The position numbers and the translations under genes were made by a program. This document shows, piece after piece, positions 35,020 to 42,907 of a stretch of DNA of 64,000 bases (its first letter is position 1; every line of letters starts with the position of its first letter). The notes beneath the pieces were generated by a model. That model worked only from the letters and a program-made list of their open reading frames with translations, had not been told where the DNA came from and searched no databases. Origin of the DNA: Clostridia bacterium (GTDB lineage: Bacteria; Bacillota; Clostridia; CAKSNL01; HGM11501); assembly GCA_045545475.1 (NCBI GenBank), contig JAZQAZ010000015.1, forward strand, positions 53,096 through 117,095, written 5' to 3'.

Positions 35020-36555
35020 ATGAGTTATATTCCCGAAGTAAAAACCACAACCAAAGGATATTTCCCCATCAAAGAAGGCTTTCTGTCCGAAACCTATGTA
35101 GCTTTCGGAGGAACGGAGTACACCCACGATTACAGTTTATTGAATTACAAGCTTTATAATGATGACTACAAGGTTGTAATTGACGGCAGGGAATATAAAG
35201 CAAGAAACTGCCGTGTATCAAAAATTCCCTTCAACCGTCCCTGGCCCGGCCATCAGAGAGATTTTTCTCAGAGCGAGGATGCCGCTTTCATTTCCGTTTA
35301 CGGCTCTGCACCCGTGACCTTAACAGTTTCACTTAAAGGCGGTTTCCCCTCTCCCGTAGTCAGACCTTTATCAAAAAACATCATACCTGAAAAATCAGGC
35401 GACGATGTTGTAATTACTTTAGAAAAGCACGGTCAGTATGTACTTGAGCCTGAAAGTGAGCATAACGCCCTTCATATATTCTTTGAGGAGGAAAAGGAAT
35501 ATCCCGATGCAAAGGATGCAACCTACTATTTCGGTCCCGGTGTTCACTTTCCCGGTGTTATCACCTTAAAGGACAACGATTCGGTTTATATCGACAAGGA
35601 AGCTATAGTTTTCGGTTCACTCTATTCCGAGGGCGGTAAAAACATCCGTGTTTTCGGTGGCGGTACAATCGACAATTCCACCGAGGAGCGAATTTGCGAA
35701 AACTGCTACGAAAACTATACAAAGGGAACACTCCGTTTTTATGACTGCAAGGACACCGTTATAGAAGACATAATATTGATGAACTCATCGAACTGGATTT
35801 TAGCTCTTTTTGACTGTGACGGTGCAGTAATTGACAATATAAAAATCATCGGTCATTGGAGATACAATGCGGACGGAATTGACCTTACCAATACAAGCAA
35901 TGTTTTAATTAAAAATTCCTTCATCCGTTCCTTTGACGATACCATTACCATAAAGGCAATTTACGAGCATCCGTCTCCTGTTGAAAATATTGTTGTCGAC
36001 AACTGTGTACTCTGGTGCGACTGGGGAAACAACTGCGAAGTTGGTATTGAAACCGATGCTCCCGTATACAGAAACATTGTCTTTAAAAATTCCGACCTTG
36101 TTCACAATGCCGCAACGGCGATGGATATTCAGAACGGCTGCGGTGCCGATATAAGCAATGTCACATTTGAAAACCTGAATATCGAATATTCAAAATACGC
36201 CCTTCCCATGGTTTTCCAGCAGTCGGAAGAACAGGTTTATACAGCAGATAAAATGGGCGTTCCCAATTTGATAGCCATAGTAAACCACAAAATGCCCCTT
36301 CGCAAACGAACCGACGAGGGCGTAATCCGCACCACCAAGGACTTTTTCGGCTATACCCACGACATATTATTCAAAAACATAAATGTCTATATGGATGAGC
36401 TTGAAAGAAAGCCCTCCGTTATCCTTAAGTCCTATGACGAAAATGTAGTTTTCAAAAACATTGTAATTGACTCTCTTTATATAAACGGAGCAAAGCAGGA
36501 AAATCTTGACAGCTTTAATTTAATTCTCCAAAATTCAGAATATGAGGTAAAGTAA
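35020..36555 (+). CDS. Pectin-lyase-fold (beta-helix) glycoside hydrolase, GH28-like, cytoplasmic
   Basis: YYFGPGVH, YNADGID, IRSFDDTITIK, beta-helix repeats; start ATG 35020 after GAGGTG. Confidence 0.75.
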   Translation: MSYIPEVKTTTKGYFPIKEGFLSETYVAFGGTEYTHDYSLLNYKLYNDDYKVVIDGREYKARNCRVSKIPFNRPWPGHQRDFSQSEDAAFISVYGSAPVTLTVSLKGGFPSPVVRPLSKNIIPEKSGDDVVITLEKHGQYVLEPESEHNALHIFFEEEKEYPDAKDATYYFGPGVHFPGVITLKDNDSVYIDKEAIVFGSLYSEGGKNIRVFGGGTIDNSTEERICENCYENYTKGTLRFYDCKDTVIEDIILMNSSNWILALFDCDGAVIDNIKIIGHWRYNADGIDLTNTSNVLIKNSFIRSFDDTITIKAIYEHPSPVENIVVDNCVLWCDWGNNCEVGIETDAPVYRNIVFKNSDLVHNAATAMDIQNGCGADISNVTFENLNIEYSKYALPMVFQQSEEQVYTADKMGVPNLIAIVNHKMPLRKRTDEGVIRTTKDFFGYTHDILFKNINVYMDELERKPSVILKSYDENVVFKNIVIDSLYINGAKQENLDSFNLILQNSEYEVK

Positions 36556-36591
36556 AAAAACACACAGAGCAAAATGCTCTGTGTGTTTTTT
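36554..36591. terminator. Bidirectional terminator
   Basis: aaaaaacacacagagca/tgctctgtgtgtttttt. Confidence 0.78.
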
Positions 36592-36598
36592 CGTATAA

Positions 36599-37336
36599 TT
36601 ACATTTTCCTTCTGCATCCGTCTATCTGAATGTTCTGTCCTGAAATATAGCTTGACTCATCACTTGCAAGGAACAATATGAGGTTTGCGTTTTCCGCATC
36701 TGTGCCTGATCTTCCTATATAGGAAAAATCGGAAGGCTCGTTAAAATTAACATCCAAGTTTTCAGATGGGCTGACAGTTCCCGGAGAAACAGCGTTTACT
36801 AAAACGCCTTTATCCGCCACTTCCTTGGCAAGTGCCTTTGTCATTGATATAACCGCACCCTTGGTGGCTGAATAATGTGTCATATTTCCGTTTCCGTAAA
36901 CACCGGCAACGGATGCAACATTTATTATTCTTCCGTAGTTTCTTTCAACCATTCCCGGAAGTACAGCTTTCGTCATATATACAACGCCCATTATATTTAC
37001 GTCAATAAATTTGCGCCATTCAGAAAAAGGAGTGTCGAGAAAGCTTCTCCATCCTCGCCAGAGCGCCGCATTGTTGACGAGAATGTCAATTCTTCCGAGT
37101 GCTCCCTCTGCCTCTTTTACAACCTTTTCTACATCTTCTTCATTGCTTACATCGCACTTATAAATAAGGACATCTTTTGTATATTTTCCGACTTCGTTTT
37201 TAACCTTTATAAGCTTTTCATAATCAATGTCAAGAAGAATGAGCTTTGCTCCTTCTTTCGCAAACCTTAAAGCCGTTGCTCTGCCTATTCCTACACTCGC
37301 ACCTGTAATAAGTGCCGATTTATCTTTAAGCTTCAT
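36599..37336 (-). CDS. SDR family oxidoreductase
   Basis: TGASVGIG, NNAA, YSATK, VNAVSPG. Confidence 0.92.
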   Translation of the reverse strand: MKLKDKSALITGASVGIGRATALRFAKEGAKLILLDIDYEKLIKVKNEVGKYTKDVLIYKCDVSNEEDVEKVVKEAEGALGRIDILVNNAALWRGWRSFLDTPFSEWRKFIDVNIMGVVYMTKAVLPGMVERNYGRIINVASVAGVYGNGNMTHYSATKGAVISMTKALAKEVADKGVLVNAVSPGTVSPSENLDVNFNEPSDFSYIGRSGTDAENANLILFLASDESSYISGQNIQIDGCRRKM

Positions 37337-37348
37337 AAAAAATTCCTC

Positions 37349-38098
37349 TCATATATTGTCCCTTATTGCCTTTAAGTTTTCAAGAAGCGGCTGGGCGGGG
37401 GCTGCAAGCTCGTCGTGCTCATATACCGCAAGATACATAACACAGCCGATTTCTCCGCCGATTCTTCTAAGTAATCTGCATTCTCCTCCGCTTAAGAACA
37501 AAAAGGGTATCGAAAGCTTTTCCTTAAGAAGATTTATTATTTTAAGGTTTTCAAGCTGCTCTTCCATAGTTTCCGCACCCACAACCAGTTTTGCAATGTC
37601 AGCACCACGTCTTTGATATTCAAGGGCAATTTCCAGTACCTTTTCGGCAGGAGTGAATTTAAGGATATGAGATGAAATTAAAACCTCAGCACCCTTTTCG
37701 TGAAGCTTACCAATTAATTCCATCTGCTTTTTTGCGGCAGCTTCATTCATCGTTACTTCGCCCGGAGTTTTATCATAAAGGTCACCCAGCACATCAACCA
37801 AGGTTGCGCCGCATTCTGCCAGCTCCAAAAGCTCTTCTGCTATTTCCTCGTCAGACTTTCCTTCGTTGTGATAGTTTCTGTAATTGGTGGCATAGACAGG
37901 TTTATCGGTATATGAGAAAAGCTCCTTATAGGTTTCTTTGTTTCTGTATTCGGGATTAAGCTGTTCAAACTGCATACCTATCGCCTCTGCCCCACAGGCT
38001 ACGGATTTATCTGTAAGCTCCTTTATGCGCTCGGGAGTTTTTGCTATTACCATTGAGGTGATAATTGCCCTTTCGCTGTTAAGAAAAGTCTTTTTCAT
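37349..38098 (-). CDS. Type I 3-dehydroquinate dehydratase (AroD)-like protein
   Basis: YATNYR, LVDV, ISSH (catalytic His), GADIAKLV (Schiff-base Lys), APAQP. Confidence 0.75.
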   Translation of the reverse strand: MKKTFLNSERAIITSMVIAKTPERIKELTDKSVACGAEAIGMQFEQLNPEYRNKETYKELFSYTDKPVYATNYRNYHNEGKSDEEIAEELLELAECGATLVDVLGDLYDKTPGEVTMNEAAAKKQMELIGKLHEKGAEVLISSHILKFTPAEKVLEIALEYQRRGADIAKLVVGAETMEEQLENLKIINLLKEKLSIPFLFLSGGECRLLRRIGGEIGCVMYLAVYEHDELAAPAQPLLENLKAIRDNI

Positions 38099-38099
38099 A

Positions 38100-38864
38100 T
38101 CAGCGCCACCTTCCCATAGCGTTTCTTCCGCCGTCTATCATTATGTTTTCGCCGTTTATAAACTGACCTTTTTCCGATGCCACAAAAAGACAAAGGTCAA
38201 TTATCTCCTGAGGCTCTGCCGCCCTTCCCAAAAGTGTCCTCATACCTGCCATTGACGGTCTTGTAAGAACGGGGCCGGGAGATATACAAACACATCTTAT
38301 ATTATGCTTTGCCCCAAACTGTGCAAGGCCTTTGGTAAGTCCGTACATTACTCCCGATTTAGCCGCGGGGTATTCCATATGATAGGCATCCCCCTCCATA
38401 CCGGAAATTGAGCCTATATTTATGATAAGTCCGCTTTTCTGCTCTCTCATCTGCTTTGCAACGGCGTGGGCAAAATAGAACTGGGCCCTGAAATTAACGT
38501 CTATTCCCCAGTCGTAAACCTCGATGGGCACATCTGGAAATTCGGGATATTTTTCCATATCAACCTTCTGCATCCTTACGGCAGTACCGCCTGCAAAATT
38601 TGCAAGAATGTCTATACGTCCGAAGGCTTTGACTGCTTCATCCCTTGCCATACATGCATTTTCATATTGGCGGACGTCGCACAAAACGCCTATTGCCTTG
38701 CCCTTACCTTTATTATTAATCTCAGCTACCTTTTCATTAAGCACATCTTCGTTTACGTCACACATAACCGCGTTTCCGCCAAGGGATGCAATATTCTCGG
38801 CAAATAAAAGTCCCATACCCGATGCCGCACCTGTGATAAGAGCAACCTTTCCCGTAAAATCCAT
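38100..38864 (-). CDS. SDR family oxidoreductase
   Basis: TGAASGMG, YPAAK, ISPGPV. Confidence 0.9.
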   Translation of the reverse strand: MDFTGKVALITGAASGMGLLFAENIASLGGNAVMCDVNEDVLNEKVAEINNKGKGKAIGVLCDVRQYENACMARDEAVKAFGRIDILANFAGGTAVRMQKVDMEKYPEFPDVPIEVYDWGIDVNFRAQFYFAHAVAKQMREQKSGLIINIGSISGMEGDAYHMEYPAAKSGVMYGLTKGLAQFGAKHNIRCVCISPGPVLTRPSMAGMRTLLGRAAEPQEIIDLCLFVASEKGQFINGENIMIDGGRNAMGRWR

Positions 38865-39009
38865 AATAATCCTCCTCTGCTTTTTTCTTTATTATATAAC
38901 TTCCTTTATAAAGATACAATATCAAAAACGGTATACATTTGATGTTTTCGGTGTCATTTCCGTTATTTTGCTTGATATTTTTTATCTTTTATGGTACACT
39001 TCTTGATGG

Positions 39010-39774
39010 GTGATGAAAATGGATTTTGATAAAATAATAATTACAAAGCTGCTTTCCATGTTTGTGGTACACTCACCGAAGGGAAGAAATGATAAGATTT
39101 TCGAGCGTCCAAGCTACGCCCTTTCTTTTACAAATGACGGGCAGATAACCTATACCCACCGTAAAAAGAGCTTTATATCGGATAATTTCTCTGCGGTAAT
39201 CCTCCCCAAGGGGCAGACCTATGACATAAAGGGCGACAAAGAGGGCTTTTTTCCCGTTATCAATTTCGAGTGCGAAAACTTTTCGGCTGATACCTTCACC
39301 CTGTTCCCCATAAAAAATATGAATGCCGTTATGAAAGATTATGAATTATTGAAAAACGCATTTTTCAGCGGCAAAAATAACCTTCATACAATGGGGCTTT
39401 TTTATAATCTTTTATCAGGAATTGTAAACCAGGGACGGGAGCAATCAAAGCTTTTATCCCCCGCAATAAACTATATAGAAGAAAACTACTCATCCGAAAT
39501 AAGCAATTTATATCTTGCAAAGCTTTGCCACATAAGCGAGGTGCATTTCAGGAAGCAGTTTAAAAAAGCTTACGGCATATCCCCCTATCAGTATATAATA
39601 AACTTACGGATAAGTAAGGCAAAGCAGCTTCTTTCCGAGGGCTATCTTAAAATAAGTGCGGTCTCCGAAAAGTGCGGTTTTTCAAATCCCTATCATTTCT
39701 GCCGTCTTTTCAAGCAGAAAACAGGCTTAACCCCCTCTGAATATATGAAACGGAACAAGATTTTTGCACCTTAA
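39010..39774 (+). CDS. AraC family regulator divergent from SDR-AroD-SDR operon
   Basis: KISAVSEKCGFSNPYHFCRLFKQKTGLTPSEY. Confidence 0.92.
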   Translation: MMKMDFDKIIITKLLSMFVVHSPKGRNDKIFERPSYALSFTNDGQITYTHRKKSFISDNFSAVILPKGQTYDIKGDKEGFFPVINFECENFSADTFTLFPIKNMNAVMKDYELLKNAFFSGKNNLHTMGLFYNLLSGIVNQGREQSKLLSPAINYIEENYSSEISNLYLAKLCHISEVHFRKQFKKAYGISPYQYIINLRISKAKQLLSEGYLKISAVSEKCGFSNPYHFCRLFKQKTGLTPSEYMKRNKIFAP

Positions 39775-39861
39775 GGTATTACTTAAAATACACATTTTTG
39801 CGGTTAATAAACAGATGACAAATAAGCAAAAGTGTGCTATAATACACCGGAAAGAGTTATA

Positions 39862-39875
39862 CAAATAAGAATTTG
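39862..39875. repeat. CAAAT-N4-ATTTG palindromic site upstream of EamA gene
   Basis: caaat-aaga-atttg immediately before the RBS. Confidence 0.45.
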
Positions 39876-39889
39876 ACGGAGACGTAATC

Positions 39890-40750
39890 ATGGATAGAAA
39901 AGCATTTATTAAATACATATCAGCATTATTGTTGTTTGGACTTAACGGGATAGTCGCAAGTCATATACCGCTGAACAGTTATGAAATCGTGTTTTTACGG
40001 ACACTAATTGGTAGTGTTCTGTTGGTTGCCTTGTTTTTACTTAGCAAAGGTAAGTTTCATATAAAAACATACAAGAAAGATTCACTTTTCATAGTCCTAT
40101 CTGGTATCGCAATGGGAACAAGTTGGATGTTTCTTTATGAAGCATATCAACAAATAGGTGTAAGTTTATCATCATTGCTCTATTATTGCGGACCTGTAAT
40201 TGTAATGATATTATCACCACTTATCTTCCGTGAAAAACTAACTGCTCCTAAACTGTTGGGGTTTGCAACGGTGCTTGTTGGCATTATCCTTGTGAATGGT
40301 AATACATCTGGCAGTAGCAATACTTGGGGATTGTTCTGCGGTGCAATGTCGGCAGTGATGTATTTCTTTATGGTAACACTCAACAAGCAATCAAAAAGTA
40401 TCAGCGGAATGGAAAACTCTGTAATTCAACTTGTGGTTAGTTTCTTGACTGTTGCGATATTTACAGGAATTAAGCAAGGTTTTATTATCAATGTTCCTGC
40501 AACTGCTTGGGGATGGATTTTAATACTTGGTATTCTTAATACAGGCATCGGTTGTTATCTGTATTTTTCACCACTTGCCAAACTCCCTGTGCAAACAGTA
40601 GCGGTATGTGGTTATTTGGAGCCATTGTCGGCAGTTGTTTTTGCCGCTTTATTACTTGGTGAGAAAATGACAGCAGTTCAGATTGTTGGTGCAATTTGTA
40701 TTATTGGTGGAGCAATGATAGGCGAATTGATAAAACTAAAAAAAGCATAA
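39890..40750 (+). CDS. EamA/DMT family transporter
   Basis: About 10 TM helices, two EamA repeats, YLEPLSAVVFA..LLGE. Confidence 0.9.
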   Translation: MDRKAFIKYISALLLFGLNGIVASHIPLNSYEIVFLRTLIGSVLLVALFLLSKGKFHIKTYKKDSLFIVLSGIAMGTSWMFLYEAYQQIGVSLSSLLYYCGPVIVMILSPLIFREKLTAPKLLGFATVLVGIILVNGNTSGSSNTWGLFCGAMSAVMYFFMVTLNKQSKSISGMENSVIQLVVSFLTVAIFTGIKQGFIINVPATAWGWILILGILNTGIGCYLYFSPLAKLPVQTVAVCGYLEPLSAVVFAALLLGEKMTAVQIVGAICIIGGAMIGELIKLKKA

Positions 40751-40767
40751 CAAATTCCAATTTGTTA
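40748..40767. repeat. CAAAT-N4-ATTTG palindromic site at EamA stop codon
   Basis: taacaaat-tcca-atttgtta overlapping TAA. Confidence 0.5.
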
Positions 40768-40779
40768 CTTAAATATCTG

Positions 40780-40816
40780 AAAGCAGCAAGGTGCATTTAA
40801 CCTTGCTGCTTTTTTT
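40780..40816 (+). terminator. Intrinsic terminator after EamA
   Basis: aaagcagcaagg/ccttgctgcttt followed by a T-tract. Confidence 0.8.
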
Positions 40817-40865
40817 ACTGAACAGCTTCTCCTTAGTTGTTTACAAAAAATTTTAAAATTTCCTA

Positions 40866-40928
40866 TTGACAATTTGACCTTCTTTGACTATAATATACTT
40901 ACAAAGGTCAAAAATAGTCAAAGTCAAA
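40866..40928 (+). promoter_or_regulatory. sigmaA promoter with CtsR operator boxes
   Basis: TTGACA(40866)-17-TATAAT(40889); inverted boxes tttgacc-ttc-tttgact in the spacer, direct boxes ggtcaaa-aat-agtcaaa at 40906-40922. Confidence 0.92.
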
Positions 40929-40949
40929 TTTCGACAAGGAGATGATAAC

Positions 40950-41396
40950 ATGCATTTAAGTAACAGCATCGAAGAATTTTTAAATGAGCTTTTAAGAGAC
41001 GAGGACGGAATTATAGAAATAAAGAGAAATGAGCTGGCAGAGCGCCTTGGCTGTGTCCCCTCCCAGATAAACTATGTAATACAGACACGCTTCACCAAAG
41101 AGCGGGGCTACTCGGTTGAAAGCAGAAGGGGAGGCGGAGGCTTTATCCGCATCACCAAGGTTAAGGTCCGGGGCGACGAATATATTATGCATATAATAAA
41201 TTCGATAGGCTCCTCCCTGGATTACGCAACAGCAAGGGCTTTAGTTTCCAATTTACTGGGGTATAATAAAATAACGGAGCGGGAAGCAAAAATCATTTTA
41301 GCATCCCTTTCCGATAACATTCTTCCCTTCCCCGCACCCATCAAAAATGAAATAAGAAGTGCGGCAATGAAAAATATACTTATCAACTTAATCTGA
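40950..41396 (+). CDS. ctsR: Class III heat-shock repressor CtsR
   Basis: CVPSQINYVIQTRFT..GYSVESRRGGGGFIRI; start ATG 40950 after AAGGAG. Confidence 0.97.
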   Translation: MHLSNSIEEFLNELLRDEDGIIEIKRNELAERLGCVPSQINYVIQTRFTKERGYSVESRRGGGGFIRITKVKVRGDEYIMHIINSIGSSLDYATARALVSNLLGYNKITEREAKIILASLSDNILPFPAPIKNEIRSAAMKNILINLI

Positions 41397-41410
41397 AAGG
41401 ACTGATTTTT

Positions 41411-41878
41411 ATGTTATGTGAAAGATGCAAGCACAATCAGGCAACAATGCATTACACAGAGGTTATTAACGGCAAGGTGACAGAATATCACCTTTGCGAG
41501 AAATGTGCAAGAGAGGAAAAGCTTTCTGCTGAATTTACCGATTTTGACATTTTCAATATGTTTTCTCCCAAAAAGGAGAAAAACGAAACAGGGCTTATCT
41601 GCAAGAGCTGCAAAACCACATTGCCCGAATTTAAGAAAACCGGTATTGCAGGCTGCTCAAAATGCTATGAAACCTTTGCTTCCGTAATTGAGTCCATGCT
41701 TTTAAGAACGCAGGGAACATCAAAGCACATTATGCCTGAGGAAATCAAAAAGGAAGAAACCACCGACGAAAAAATAGCAAAGCTTCAGTTATCCCTGAAA
41801 AAGGCAATTGAAGCGGAAGAATATGAAAAGGCGGCAAAGATAAGAGACGAAATCCGCACACTTAAGGAGGAGGAGTAA
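41411..41878 (+). CDS. mcsA: McsA (CxxC + UvrB/C domain)
   Basis: CERC, CEKC, CKSC, CSKCY; EEYEKAAKIRDEIR. Confidence 0.95.
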   Translation: MLCERCKHNQATMHYTEVINGKVTEYHLCEKCAREEKLSAEFTDFDIFNMFSPKKEKNETGLICKSCKTTLPEFKKTGIAGCSKCYETFASVIESMLLRTQGTSKHIMPEEIKKEETTDEKIAKLQLSLKKAIEAEEYEKAAKIRDEIRTLKEEE

Positions 41879-41880
41879 TT

Positions 41881-42894
41881 ATGAGCTGGTACAATGAAAA
41901 CGGACCCAAAAGCGAGGTTGTTGTAAGCACACGCTGCCGCTTTGCGAGAAATTTATCAAGCTATAAATTCCCCTCAAAAATGACAAGCGACGAGGCGAAC
42001 CGCTTAATAGACGAAATAAGCGATACATTTTTTAATTCCAATGCTTCCTTTAAGGAGGAATTTTCTCTTACCAAATCAAACGAAGTTTCAAGAGAAGCAC
42101 TCTTAACACTTTTTGAAAAGCATTTAATCAGCCGTGATATGGTGAAAAATCCACTCCCCTCCGCAGTTTTGCTTAACAAAGACGAAACTGTTTCCATAAT
42201 GCTTATGGAGGAGGATCACTTAAGGCTTCAGGTTATTCTTCCCGGCTATCAGACAAAGGAGGCACTTAAAACCGCATCGGATTTTGAAAAGCTTCTTGAC
42301 GGAAGGTTCGGCTTTGCGAAAGATGAAAACTTAGGCTATCTTACAGCCTGCCCCACAAACCTTGGAAGCGGTTTAAGAATTTCTGCCATGCTCCACCTTC
42401 CCGCCCTCACAATGACAAAAAGAATTGGTCAGATGCTTAATTCCGTGGGTAAGCTTGGTCTTACCATAAGAGGAATGTACGGTGAAGGCACAGAGGCAAG
42501 AGGTTGTTTATACCAGCTTTCAAATCAGGTTACCCTGGGAATGACGGACGAAGAAATATTAACCAAGGTAAATTCCGTAATTGACCAGATAGTATCAATC
42601 GAGACAAAGCTAAGAGATGATATATTAAAGGCAAACGAAACAGAAATTAAAAACCGTGTTATGAGAGCATACGGCATACTTAAAAATTCCTATTCATTGA
42701 CAAGCGAGGAAGCAATAGGTTACCTTTCCGATTTAAGACTTGGTAAAGCTCTCAGCATAACCGATTCGGACTATAAAAGCATTTCCCAAATGCTTGTTAA
42801 AGGCTCGCCCGCCTGCCTTATTTTTGAGGAAGGACTTTCAGATCCTCTGGAACGAGATTTAAGACGAGCTGATTTAGCAAAAGAAATTTTATGA
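41881..42894 (+). CDS. mcsB: Protein arginine kinase McsB
   Basis: STRCRFARNL, MEEDHLRLQ, GYLTACPTNLGSGLR. Confidence 0.96.
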   Translation: MSWYNENGPKSEVVVSTRCRFARNLSSYKFPSKMTSDEANRLIDEISDTFFNSNASFKEEFSLTKSNEVSREALLTLFEKHLISRDMVKNPLPSAVLLNKDETVSIMLMEEDHLRLQVILPGYQTKEALKTASDFEKLLDGRFGFAKDENLGYLTACPTNLGSGLRISAMLHLPALTMTKRIGQMLNSVGKLGLTIRGMYGEGTEARGCLYQLSNQVTLGMTDEEILTKVNSVIDQIVSIETKLRDDILKANETEIKNRVMRAYGILKNSYSLTSEEAIGYLSDLRLGKALSITDSDYKSISQMLVKGSPACLIFEEGLSDPLERDLRRADLAKEIL

Positions 42895-42907
42895 AAGGAT
42901 GATTTAA

